DNA of 64,000 bases. Origin: Elusimicrobiota bacterium. GTDB lineage: Bacteria; Elusimicrobiota; Elusimicrobia; FEN-1173. Shown here piece by piece: positions 19,201 through 24,497 of this stretch (its first letter is position 1; every line of letters starts with the position of its first letter). The DNA is taken from positions 704,810 through 768,809 of the forward strand of contig JADKIY010000001.1 in assembly GCA_016722575.1 (NCBI GenBank), given 5' to 3'. The notes below the pieces were generated by a model. It saw only the letters and a list, made by a program, of their open reading frames with translations. It did no database searches and was not told where the DNA came from. Position numbers and translations under genes: made by a program.

Positions 19201-21474
19201 GGACTCGGGGGGGTCCGAGAATACGACGCCATCACTTGGATGAGCCGGTTCCTCTTTCCCCGGGGGGCCGAGGGGTTGGTCGGCCTTCTGTCGGGCTGGG
19301 CCGTTCTGGCGATTCAGCGTCGGGTGTCGCTCGGGCAACTGCTCCGGGCGCGGCAAGCGTTCCTTCGTCAAGCGCGCCTTCGGGACCGGCGCGTTGAATT
19401 CGAATCATTGACTCGCCCGGAGAAAATCCAATACGTCCAGGACGCCAGCCTCTTGTTCGACACGTTGGTGTCCCTTCAGCAGTCCTTCTGGCTCGAGGTG
19501 CGCCGACCCGAGGACCCGGAATATTTGCCCTTCTTTTTGGCCAGCGCGGGCTGGCGTCCGCCTTCGGCCACGACCGTCCAAGGGGCATTGGACGACGCGC
19601 TTTCGAAACGACAAGGCGGGGTGGTGGCCGTCGGGGCGCGGCGTTCCGGGGCCGACGGCATGGCCGAATTCTCCATCGAAGTCCTTCGGGACCGGCCCGG
19701 CGTTTTGGCCGTGCTTTCGGGCCTCATGGCGTCCCAGGGATTCAGCATCCGAGCGGCCGAGGCCCGATTTGAGCGGGGCCGGATCTTTGACCGGTTTTAC
19801 GTCCATCTCGGTTCCCTCGCCGCGGCGGACAAGAAAGTCCAGGACCGGGAAATCGCCCGTCTGGGTCAAACCGTGGAAAACGCGGCCGCCGATGTTTTGA
19901 GGGGCGAGCGGATCGACCTGGGGCGCGTGGCGGGGGAGTTCCGGGCCGCCGGCCGGGATTACCGCTTCGTCTTGCCGCGCAGTCGGCCGGTGGTCAAAAC
20001 CCTGGCTTACTTCTCCGGAGCGGCGGAGGCCCGGTCGCTCACGGTTTTAACCTCGGACCGGGTGCTGGGCGACGATGCGGGGGAGAAAGAATATCTCGGA
20101 ACCCTGCACGTCATCACCCGGTGGCTGGCGGAAAGGGGCCTCAACATCGTCGGGGATCCCAGCATCCGCACCCAGCGGGGCATCGTGATGGACACCTTCG
20201 GCCTGCGTCATTCGGACGGATCGTCCTTGACGGCCGCGGACGAGTCGACGGTGGAGGCGGTTCTCCAGCAATTCCTGGACCTCCCTGAAATCAGCGAAAG
20301 CGATTTCGGCCGGGACTCCGCGCTTCCCCCGATCCACGGCTCGGGGGAAGCCCCGGCGGGAATTCCGCTTCTTGGGGGGATGCCGAAGGCGACGCTCTTC
20401 GGGTGGAGCGCGCCCCTGTTGGCCGGGTTCCTCCCCGGCGGCCCCGCGTTCTTGCTCGTGGGGGGTATGGTTTTCTTGGCCGTTCACTGGTTCCAAAGCC
20501 GGGCCAAGACACGGGCGGAGAAGCCGGCGCCCGCGACGTCGCCCGTGGGGACGAGGCTTCTTTCCCGGGACCTGCTGAAGAGCGCTCTTTTGGGCGGTCC
20601 CGTCGGCCAAGTCATTGATTTCTCGCGGTACGACCTGGACGCGGCGTCCCTGCGCGCCGACGCCCTGGCCGGCCGCGCGGCGGCCCGGGACCGGCGGGAA
20701 CAGTTGGCCCGGGATTTGGGTTTGGAGCACGGCGCGTCCCTGGACGACATCGGTTATCGCCTGGGCCAACGGCACCGCGCGGGCCGGACGCCGTTGTCGC
20801 GGACGGAAGACCCCACCGCGCGGTTCGCCGACGAAATCGGCCTCTTGGCCCTCCTTTCCGACGGGTGGACCCGCGCCGGCGACCTGCCCGCCGACGCGTC
20901 TTCCGCCCTCGCCCAATACCACCGGGGCCAGGGACTCCTCGGCCTGCCCGCGCGCGTGACCGAGGCCTTGGCCGACGGCCGCCGTTTGGCCTTTGAAATT
21001 CCCACCGATCTGTTGCGTGGAAGAATCGCCGGGGAGCGGGACGCTTCGCTGGTCCGGGCTCTGGCCCTCGCGGCCGCGGCGTCCCCCGAGAACGAACGCT
21101 TGTCCTGGATCCTCCCCGCGGGAGTCGGTCGGGCGGAGCTGGACCGGTTCTTCGCCGAACGGCCCGAATTGGCCGCGCTTCAATCCCGGGGGAACGTGGT
21201 GGCGAAAGACAGCGCCCGCCTGGACGCCGCCGTCGGGCCCGCCTATTCCGTAAAGAGGCTGCTTCTGGAAGTCCAGGGCGTCAAAGACGAGTCCCGCTTG
21301 GCGGCCACGGACCTTTTCCTCTTGAACCGGGGCGAATGGAAGCTGGACTTGAGCGACGGCGCCAAGGGCTTGGTCAAGCTCTTGATCCTCTTGGCCGGCG
21401 ACGTGGTCTTCGACGCCACCGACCGCCTCGCCGACGACGTGAAGCGCCTGAACGTCGTTTCCACCAACGCCTAG
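1216..21474 (+). CDS. Giant multidomain secreted/membrane protein (about 6,750 aa). Domains in order: signal peptide, paralog-shared N-module, HD, GHKL-like, TM helices, GT5 glycogen-synthase-like, GT35-like glucan phosphorylase, alpha/beta-hydrolase, GlnD/GlnE-type nucleotidyltransferase, two ACT domains
   Basis: Single uninterrupted ORF with high GC3 throughout and a TAG stop at 21472-21474. The track start at TTG 1021 is unlikely because 1021-1215 is rich in A-ending codons. ATG 1216 and ATG 1237 (the latter with GGTGGAG upstream) are candidate starts; both give an Arg-rich then hydrophobic signal-like N-terminus. Recognisable motifs include HDIGK, KRGGLGD, AHDWQAA, RFEPSGLTE, WAGGLGPV, GHSLGAH and GSYGSRRPGLISDVDLHLLLP, plus two DRPG-type ACT signatures. 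Confidence 0.8.
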   Translation: MVEQPFPMRINGRSFSTALRRGARPVLGGALAAVYFLVNVPGVYAVESSFWSDRRERAGRRRSPDNPTLLAQLPSGARAPLGDAVLPPVAGRLSEESLGGAARLPAKTPASPALQRAFGWLPAVVAPYGDVRDVYLSPRPGAPTIIHLQDAHEIAEAQRNLAGLTTALKSARGLSLVGLEGAVGAFALDPYRRYPNADITRALADTFLGLGYLTGPEAAAVTGDKPPLLWGVEDAGLYRDNISAFENSERTRARVQALAAKLSAAADEARDRYYSPALRALDDHRRAYHERKEGLAAYAAYLWGLRKGSRTEFENTRLLREALQWEERLDFVQVENERRALVEGLSRRLPEDALAGLVRESLDYRAGRLSYGDYHRYLRRLCADHGLGLERYPQLSAYVSYVLLAERIDRDGLLQELVALEKSAESALAVSPEEKALVSVRRGLTLLDKLTTHGLTPAEWQSYLVERPRLLALPKTLSTLVPGRIAGADALTPETLDSFERFCSRALDRNGALIKNLLEKMRAEGASAAVLVAGGFHTAGLAQLCRQQGLSYAVVSPRLAKVPAETRPLDVFARSPLPLEKILAGDVIHLAYPRLGQAAGEGLAAQGAAAARQQTAQILWASFQEFLGGLATNFSEGDRDRFAEFARQFTAVSDLSADVLELGGGIRALAVRVTVSNGDKKELALLSAPDGRENVYDRFGAEPAFAGRVELPSGPLALRVYALSDVSGPGLIGRVVWWGDRTRGYWSAHARSLIQQLNFRLAGLSAPKKAVVETELSLEEAHGRAIAEVSARLGLRTRELEPIAHHMVRVRDLADHLARSLGTNAEDIALLRLAASAHDIGKFHEDCVEHVITPDIFPKDSPAFRALAEHEQLVFDVLGRQKLVLSAEVAMILRAHSALGAGAKESLDAVPGLTERHVRLALILSLADVSDGYRDMHRPYIQALVQKSGFPTLDQLRREFLKYAAKAAGSSYAGALPDAESVFARAAAEPWFAAATERTLIEHVAGLVEAATAGDPDAEKARRLSREISSHRIPALATPPDRWWSALVESLFVRGATGDQRAAVLESLLTTLQTETAAGRIDGGLGLAGLTAGLLPAGRSRPAAAREILLAREWTSEKALAKDIDATAQAVRELAAQYPAVAPAALSSLTSYALGETEGHGAWDGSPARLELSRRGNTLRLRIENDGGYPLPNRAPKNIRNRSFTPATAEPLIYSSRGVESGSGAGTAYIAVYFHQIYQAGLPDQLTSRARLAWTQRALGENRYRIALTVHLPLTSAATIRGGAIPAVAAFWEPKFVSLLGERWGRYFYRAVAGPTLEDLFGGLRNAESINSALLFPLLVGFLMNLGGDPVLGAFVPAFILFFNRLLFVARHPEGQRTEAGFVAALGGAGAFAVAWMGAFSPVAVALGFLAGWSFHVATNAVFNLPVLFQGKSKEPSAPAAPARTKIGLVLLMMGTLFLSPMYRGGGSALIDAAADRWAGLGIAAIGLLMLATSGNPFANAKRGIDRILTSSFAQGLSRRWTGLVRWIGRNKSPLLAAGFAAALGSLFGPSNPELMIAAAAATGTPLVRRSERRDLNIASVSVELAPPHGEVNRQIRGLMAFGHSILRRNAAGGWSAENHRGALSLTTRDGEDLSRDGVLNDFEIHLVGDGAFRYLHVWPWGAQEGHGGGLSTVGTLNPVKRVFIARGLWESDRERALTVLKHEATEVNLWWEHSLKLGDEKQIVSVDRKAEALAAVAAFRGRPRKKADALVAADAKLPTIREWIRANALGAVVALTNRFHNMANRRYRTEHPMDFIPLPNTLSGSVAMVSWEHRDFFKRGGLGDAISEASFNLAKLGQDVDLYMPMHKEMENKVPWVDTHLTVPVATAGERVVFHLFRTEIDVPTPGAGRLTVYALKDVTPRSGDTERWRLFQYGYNPPNDLRYYDYPLKESALGAKAVVEAMKLVSGDRRGRVRYRAVNAHDWQAALVPVLMKGDASFAGVGRILTVHNGAYMGNFRLKNDDGTDSYNQEFLRGLGLPAGYDRFGPGDPIEFHGQIVLQKAALLAAHKINPVSPQYRNELLSPDDYVLPGNTRDMAGVYRARQADLVGVMNGLDDDIWNPERDPAIADAPYAYTPFVARDVREKKPANKSNFQKALGLTVDRDAPMLYTCARLSEQKGFDFVADAMEGLLTEFPKAQFVLMGDSDNSEMGNDLARRFTDFMTRYPGRVWFGPFGGRGGWEHYMGAAADFVLSPSRFEPSGLTEKKGMRLGAVPIVRAVGGLQDTVVDPREDADNANGFKFIEPTGAAFGEAARRALRAYEAGHGQRLGDEPNIDLLQQNAMRTPKSWEDVAREYLGLYSAARDAAHDESTAEVAARRHAVPPAAPLIGHLPAGVDLGAIRLERGDEVRGALADLEEWMATVVSGPPPTLAGSRRGETIPQTLDMLRQELGALSSDADAGLFDADAFQRESAGRVLGFGFAETKTATGRARLGLSDEFFNPDSVLYPHRREALFHEAYHVVLGVADNSTIHRDALRIQAALFWGVPVEEAYALSLEQLEAHPKNALGRALRVRRLLRDFRGEDVNGLADLLGEKLENGQLIPFLTEADDALNAPLALSPTALERRTWERVDLMRRLEGQPPRGRGDLDPRFLEARRAEEDWSKPLIESGPVEAPQPLLKAIALLTTEQEDRLLNELSAAVAQDSALADRPIVDDIFLMTGRIPKGWAKLHGIAYQRVYHLSAEGRKVWAGGLGPVQVFHSDAERQITRDSAFDVVDIEPDYTHRRTAEGMVPAERARPSTPLKPSLEPPFDLEVKFQGRPVKIRVRPMRGPEGNPVYLFRDNPDGDAHFTKQLYDYRPSGDNPASWEEFTAFFGVATLAVIGRLEENRSKALGAQWRPPVLHGNDAQTAMAIVLLAEIVRGGNPRSEELVQSVPFLAKLAPLAARTFKTHTYGNRQGYTWGRPEDHYGVASYLSGIPEWDHQRLNFYFARRGPEAHGYPDVTAAAIAATPGHAQAVARKHGWDVMRKYDDPQSVVGITNGANLKWSAGLFWDYLDEVGHENADRLRPTAEQVRDAKRLAKERFFTDLLVHPQHVEEQFYRRFRFILNDPAKRGEPTPAVDPALLSQPTVGFVGRLVNEKFNMNRGWTTRNIEELVKAGYNVVLFAPIQQKSDPTSPSAAMARTLEALSGNLDREWRPGHGRLIYIDSRDSELKKSALASLDILVLDSDKDTEANGYTEVAASASGALVLSPPFHNGEGLIRGQGMPIDFSQPGHGNTLIPDNQKPESYVAVLKKALEVYQQRPMDFAAHQATSVRLSRVLEARLTAAASLRDFNLSYSLPLGVATDPLWFGGVSVAENQPANLEAWVRVRPGVDATHLDVRARLGEVPAGPAWGGEWSNGREIRLEPAGPAVTAADGTVALRFAKSVELPRGAYEFVVESRDRREPRYWVLQDGIRWGQNNRLLVGTPAPTGAPAGLLPLWRPVIQNFRFAGWSDRTTVRVLGVVEELFLMGAVTLLGRVLEMTLGLPSGVSLLLSAGTAVALFPLGHVGGVHFFEPSGRLKLYQATARDLTKLTILGAGLRTVHLGLALGLPWLLTALAGAPILGPPGAWIELAAQLLPFLAVPLLHGRYNANPPRGWPLGILSFQHALLAIRWGTTVSAGFFERFVPRQGVPVGDGYISNPRRTALIDRTVAALAGMADARLNGLNPLSLKGILDIVLKNVEQHGVPGADAQAAARIDGGDFLLEIRNETIAPLSPELNGEFSVGRSNPRVAVENRSPGTGYGIGVTRLPGLVRGLYDVGAADFAERARWSWTTDAATREVVFQLRAPLPPAPAAGKAHEFVSEWEIPGAVPEAPAPVPIWGLVGRRFVALTASVALFMSGLVSDSSRAWSHPVSPATREASAVPAGSDQPSALLSAGAMVVPLASRRRRNDFWHQVEAGKHPGWRLLRVPGANGETIEAAVKESGQGPLVVWNYGGGAGPVLNRQADWFANRPGVVVRRRDADAHVLVGQTAGDTVTVLEQIRSRGGPDWSDGGALVVGHSLGAHVATTVALRLQAMSPGAVRGVVLLNPPVPNGLWYSMLIGWLSFLKGVSETLDSWMEAARFSSASRRSLRQQESQWWGHFIENWIPSADDARTTADAPPAVPWALFNGWDHLLSESRALGNYLETTLAECLAELSRLPAPLLVVGSPHDPLWGEFAAFYRALHLREVGESDVLPETAARAPARLYVELSNGGQDVLAEHSPHMSARADRLNAILESFARAADGRGRAVGAIGHRVELDSIRWGPDGSLIFALQRPGGFPRDLPILSATPTRFSVKESIGRLRLRGGDRGTRSSADPLRPLADLLDQRRMSAPAVYRFEDSPFNLRGLAFAGTGLHNAALAIHQDLAQSQAIRDLAILHEFLEYLSAKGFLVYRYAAEEGLLRMSLKVPGTWSDFQRRWEIELPPAAAALAARGAERAHYFHRALTAAALNDLDGELTRTIRESVRRRLRVVSAANVGGRDRTLQPVVRRLRRNMESEHFIPLLAEWLLHTGIPRKDGSFNLLRMEFRAFPSGVVLERHGTLEELDLKSRGFQTVRSLRSGDVVVLPYLLSQLIDGYRQRVAETGKEPDDVHPNALLMDFLTALPAGVVLASVEMPSTLGQWGLEGAPLEGWLRNHALWDVPLWRFIHDTGWFDNVLPRAVPLDALDGDRLNLDNGTFLTLQVKRDSRLPSGGRAATGAVLSLASPKGGDGALSSLLTRRWTENVLRRWGFQPSDRSVRLVAALGVAWWYEFPRTLAATRLADFVYEHPGPRWIRVAGLAAVYATMGWAFLETLQFMTGQANLVRFVAATAAALLANPLGHFAWNLVFVWTGWELTRGSAVPALPIRAAGRSRSGWRVKTDLSELEFRNRNTAPETWTPIPLKAEDNGSSALPFLRRPYELFPRSPRREGPDAPSTSEVAYLRVVKALESLGALTPRLLSYDPAARFQTPGKSELFGLRAFSHWMQKSDGDLVGTPEGLSFVVLPAELFSDPAVAPADRREYLGTAVLIEAIKILRLAGRLTLTLERDERGPWLLLSVTNAQGRVETSRFLVYGEVARILSHHRDFHHLARALVAYWIPTAEKRLNDFLVARDLRGYVEISPAAATAAARPPAPWGRVAAALLVGAALSFGLPGTDFISTAAAATWTPASPVRWLDPSFVATALTLILLAAAATVEPLRAGLRRWPDRLAAAKDSILMMATSRGPPGGRGRGGNGKLGGEGPRVPAREKAELLFKFNGKIALARNAGDFETLREISNWVKGLSLRHDPDLEAAVQRLIAVHDSRRDYHWRRMIGNEEPAATIQDELKSLLLSRLGWSPSRPAPAETERRATVLSAEIFSRDPRNSRELDQWIGEAVRSLSRDLPANGGLEPAIPVVPSPWTGVATEIKSASGELLATIQKDENRNGWVRFYDASGRLRRMESRDPARPVVVVREVGPGGRLDTVIGGPRSAGGAPLSPVSLETDRLIEALANYHRWIADYASSLRRQGVSVEEATEAVESALRAGRYRLAELVVRSWLDLPGMYRRAVNGEESYPNEFQSPRFQGTFADFVRTVGERGAVHGLNSATLKENSDGSHYFVHELMPFTLLENSINYHFANMRNDLSPAGENERPVILFFDIEKLPPLSMKNPLEVKFREMVEAPLVALRPESRRVAESLVGPLEGSGATADVRRALDDAAGWAPTPGAGRAQRGYSLPIVLVGLSLGTLVALSVIPWIGIFPSLAAGLLSAIAVALAAENLLILPGIRYGPSRAAFETLRRAVAATQTIPEDDRALADLKKSFTEFKAAMKESAGGMPDASSYRAFMWAFSDGLDAVVREVFRRAARKHRLLNRTALMAHGSYGSRRPGLISDVDLHLLLPNDLAYPAPDNETGAAAEALYYGLEKVLSAQDPKPLKDYQHAGDVERAMAFWEPRSHEMGSLYTGVDALRVYGLNARPVAGNARLFEEGVRPGYRRLLSRNRREILRGVILEREAQFERADSSLLRPDFKAGLGGVREYDAITWMSRFLFPRGAEGLVGLLSGWAVLAIQRRVSLGQLLRARQAFLRQARLRDRRVEFESLTRPEKIQYVQDASLLFDTLVSLQQSFWLEVRRPEDPEYLPFFLASAGWRPPSATTVQGALDDALSKRQGGVVAVGARRSGADGMAEFSIEVLRDRPGVLAVLSGLMASQGFSIRAAEARFERGRIFDRFYVHLGSLAAADKKVQDREIARLGQTVENAAADVLRGERIDLGRVAGEFRAAGRDYRFVLPRSRPVVKTLAYFSGAAEARSLTVLTSDRVLGDDAGEKEYLGTLHVITRWLAERGLNIVGDPSIRTQRGIVMDTFGLRHSDGSSLTAADESTVEAVLQQFLDLPEISESDFGRDSALPPIHGSGEAPAGIPLLGGMPKATLFGWSAPLLAGFLPGGPAFLLVGGMVFLAVHWFQSRAKTRAEKPAPATSPVGTRLLSRDLLKSALLGGPVGQVIDFSRYDLDAASLRADALAGRAAARDRREQLARDLGLEHGASLDDIGYRLGQRHRAGRTPLSRTEDPTARFADEIGLLALLSDGWTRAGDLPADASSALAQYHRGQGLLGLPARVTEALADGRRLAFEIPTDLLRGRIAGERDASLVRALALAAAASPENERLSWILPAGVGRAELDRFFAERPELAALQSRGNVVAKDSARLDAAVGPAYSVKRLLLEVQGVKDESRLAATDLFLLNRGEWKLDLSDGAKGLVKLLILLAGDVVFDATDRLADDVKRLNVVSTNA

Positions 21475-21512
21475 TCCGGCCCGCCGTTGATTTTTTGTAT
21501 CGTGTCGGTCCC

Positions 21513-22679
21513 ATGACCGATCGAGCCCCCGGGTTTTTCGATCTGGAAACCACCGACGGCGCCGCCCGGGCCGGCCGCTTGACGCTGGCCCACGCGGCGG
21601 TGGAAACCCCGATCTTCATGCCGGTGGGAACCCAGGCCACGGTCAAAACCCTCTCCGCCGACGACCTCGAAACCCTGGGCTATTCCTTTATCCTCTCCAA
21701 CACCTACCACCTTTGGCTTCGTCCGGGGATCGACCTTCTGGAAAAATCCGGGGGGCTCCATTCCTTTATGTCCTGGAAGGGCGCGATCCTGACGGATTCC
21801 GGGGGATTCCAGGTGTTCTCCCTGGCCAACCGGCGCGACGTCTCGGAAGAGGGGGTCGCTTTTTCCTCCCACGTGGACGGCGCCCGCCACCGGTTGACGC
21901 CGGAAACCGTGGTGGACGCCCAGCTCCGGATGGGGGTGGACGTGGCCATGTGCCTGGACGAATGCCCGCCTTACCCCGTGGCCGAAGCCGACGCCCGGGA
22001 CATGATGGAACGCACCTTGCGTTGGACCGCCCGGGCCCGGGACCGCTGGGCGGCCGACGAGCGCCGGACAAAAACCCTCCTTTTTCCCATCGTTCAAGGG
22101 GCGACCTTCCCGGCCCTCCGCGCCGAAAGCGCGCGCCGTACCGTGGAAATGAATTTTCCGGGCTACGCCGTGGGCGGGTTGTCCGTGGGGGAACCCCGGG
22201 CGCTGTTGGGGGAAATGATCGAGGCGAGCGTCCGGGAGCTGCCGGCCGAAAAACCGCGCTATTTGATGGGGGTGGGCCGCCCCGAGGACGTCTTGACCGC
22301 CGTGGAGCGGGGCGTCGACATGTTCGATTGCGTCTGGCCCACGCGCAACGCCCGGAACGGCCAGGTCATGACCTGGGACGGGTCTTACAACGTTCGCGTG
22401 GCGGCCCTCCGGGAGGACGGCCGTCCCCTGGAGGCGAATTGCGCCTGCCCGGTCTGCCGGCGCTACTCCCGCCGGTACCTCGCCCATCTCTTCCGGGCGG
22501 GGGAAACCACGGCCCTCCGGCTCTTAACTTTACACAACTTGGCCTTTATGTTAGACTTCCTCCGTCAAATCCGACGGGCCATCGTCCGTCGAGAATTCAC
22601 CGAATTTAAACGCGCGTTTTTGGAGCGTCAATCCCGGGCCGATGGTGCGCCCGCCGGAAACTCCCAGGGGGTCTTGTGA
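21513..22679 (+). CDS. tgt: Queuine tRNA-ribosyltransferase
   Basis: Full-length similarity to Tgt (LETPIFMPVGTQATVK, DSGGFQ, zinc-binding CxCxxC ... H region). ATG at 21513 is the first in-frame start after the giant gene stop. Confidence 0.9.
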   Translation: MTDRAPGFFDLETTDGAARAGRLTLAHAAVETPIFMPVGTQATVKTLSADDLETLGYSFILSNTYHLWLRPGIDLLEKSGGLHSFMSWKGAILTDSGGFQVFSLANRRDVSEEGVAFSSHVDGARHRLTPETVVDAQLRMGVDVAMCLDECPPYPVAEADARDMMERTLRWTARARDRWAADERRTKTLLFPIVQGATFPALRAESARRTVEMNFPGYAVGGLSVGEPRALLGEMIEASVRELPAEKPRYLMGVGRPEDVLTAVERGVDMFDCVWPTRNARNGQVMTWDGSYNVRVAALREDGRPLEANCACPVCRRYSRRYLAHLFRAGETTALRLLTLHNLAFMLDFLRQIRRAIVRREFTEFKRAFLERQSRADGAPAGNSQGVL

Positions 22680-23065
22680 AACGAATTTCAAGTCTGCTTC
22701 TTCTATTGTCGGCGGCCGTGCCCGCCTGGGCCGACGGTCGTCCCGCCGGCGCGCCCAACGGGGGACTCATGATGATGGTCCCTTGGATCGCGATCCTGGG
22801 CGTCTTTTATTTCCTTCTGATCCGTCCCCAGCAAAAACAGGCCAAACAGCACCAGGCGCTCTTGGACAATTTGAAGCGCGGCGACCGCGTTCTCACCCAG
22901 GGCGGAATTTACGCCACCATCCAGTCCGTCAAAGGGAAAGTCCTGGAAGTGAAGTTGTCCGAAGACGTCAAGGTCCTTCTGTCGCGCAGCCACGTGGCCC
23001 AAGTGGTCCCCAACGACCCGGCCCAGGAAACCGAAACGACCGCCACCAACGGCGCCCATGCCTAA
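22676..23065 (+). CDS. yajC: Preprotein translocase subunit YajC
   Basis: YajC core (FLLIRPQQKQAKQHQALLDNLKRGDRVLTQGGIYATI). GTG start overlaps the tgt stop (GTGA). Confidence 0.85.
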   Translation: MKRISSLLLLLSAAVPAWADGRPAGAPNGGLMMMVPWIAILGVFYFLLIRPQQKQAKQHQALLDNLKRGDRVLTQGGIYATIQSVKGKVLEVKLSEDVKVLLSRSHVAQVVPNDPAQETETTATNGAHA

Positions 23066-24497
23066 GGCTTATTGGAAGTCCCTCGCCATCCTGGCGACGG
23101 TCCTGCTGTCGGGGTGGTACCTTTTCCCGTCCTACCGGTTTTACCGCCTTCCTCGGGAAAAACAACAAGAGTTGCGCGACCGCCGCAACCCCCTCCTCAA
23201 CCGCATTCTCAACCTCGGCCTGGACCTTCAAGGCGGGATTCACCTTCTTTTGGAACTGCAAACGGACAAATTGCCCGATGACACCCCGGAAACCCTGCGC
23301 GAAGCCATCGACCGCGCCATGGAGGTGGTCCGCAACCGCATCGACCAATACGGCCTTTCCGAGCCGTTGATCGTCCGCCAGGGCGACAAATGGATTGTCG
23401 TTCAACTGCCGGGCGTTAAAGACCGCGCGCAAGCCAAGGATCTGATCGGTCGGACGGCGCTCCTGGAATTCCGTTTGCTGGACTCCGACGACGTTCCCGA
23501 AGCCGTGATCAACAAAGCCCGGGAGATGGGCCTGACCGCCGCCCGGTTGCGCCCGGGGAAAATGCCCAAAGAGATCGCCGCCCTGCTTCCCGCCGGCACG
23601 GAGCTTCTCGCGGGCAAGGAATCCGCTTTTTACGTGGTGAAAGCCTCCGCCGCCTTGACGGGCGCCGGATTGGCCAACGCCCGGGTGGAAATGGGCGCCC
23701 ATGAATTTTCCGGCGCTTCGCCCCACGTGTCCCTGGAGTTCAATCCCGAAGGCGCCAAGCGCTTCGCGGATTTAACCGAAGCCAACGTGGGCCGCCGCCT
23801 GGCCATCGTCTTGGACGGCGTGGTGCAATCGGCCCCCTCCATCCGGTCCCGGATTCCGGACGGCCACGCCATCATCGAGGGGAATTTCTCCCCCGAAGAG
23901 GCCAAATTTTTGAAGTCGGTCCTTCAGGCGGGCGCGTTGCCGGCGCCGCTGGAAATCGTGGAGGAACGAACCGTCGGCGCCACCCTGGGCGACGACTCGG
24001 TGCGCGCCGGGGTTCTGGCGGGCGCCATCGGATTGGGCGCGATTTTCCTCTTCATGGCGATTTATTATCGTTGGTCGGGCATGTTGGCCAATCTCGCCCT
24101 GGTGCTCAACCTGGTGCTCCTCCTGGCCGCCATGGCGGCCCTTCACGCCACTTTGACCCTGCCCGGCATCGCCGGCATTATTTTGACCATCGGCATGGCG
24201 GTGGACGCCAACGTGCTTATTTTGGAGCGGATGCGGGAAGAGGTTCGCCTCGGGAAATCCCCCCGGATGGTGGTGGACCAGGGGTACGACAAGGCGTTTT
24301 CCGCCATCTTGGACGGCAATTTGACCACCATCATCGCGGCGGTCTTTATGTTTCAGTTCGGCACAGGCCCTGTCAAAGGGTTCGGCGTCAGCTTGATGTT
24401 GGGCCTCGCGGTGTCCATGTTCACGGCCATCGTCGTCACCCACACGGTTTACGACCTCTGGTTATCGCACCGCGACGTGCAGAAATTGAGCGTGTAA
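23058..24497 (+). CDS. secD: Protein translocase subunit SecD
   Basis: SecD/SecF RND-type membrane protein with an N-terminal TM helix, a periplasmic domain and six C-terminal TM helices. It sits in the conserved tgt-yajC-secD-secF order. Confidence 0.9.
   Translation: MPKAYWKSLAILATVLLSGWYLFPSYRFYRLPREKQQELRDRRNPLLNRILNLGLDLQGGIHLLLELQTDKLPDDTPETLREAIDRAMEVVRNRIDQYGLSEPLIVRQGDKWIVVQLPGVKDRAQAKDLIGRTALLEFRLLDSDDVPEAVINKAREMGLTAARLRPGKMPKEIAALLPAGTELLAGKESAFYVVKASAALTGAGLANARVEMGAHEFSGASPHVSLEFNPEGAKRFADLTEANVGRRLAIVLDGVVQSAPSIRSRIPDGHAIIEGNFSPEEAKFLKSVLQAGALPAPLEIVEERTVGATLGDDSVRAGVLAGAIGLGAIFLFMAIYYRWSGMLANLALVLNLVLLLAAMAALHATLTLPGIAGIILTIGMAVDANVLILERMREEVRLGKSPRMVVDQGYDKAFSAILDGNLTTIIAAVFMFQFGTGPVKGFGVSLMLGLAVSMFTAIVVTHTVYDLWLSHRDVQKLSV

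Noticed and set aside
1423-21183. Numerous minus-strand ORFs of 60-1310 aa inside 1216-21474 (e.g. 6889-9183, 9307-11085, 12199-16131, 18337-19371)
   Set aside because: All are antisense to the giant plus-strand ORF. High-GC sequence suppresses stop codons in non-coding frames. None shows recognisable motifs.
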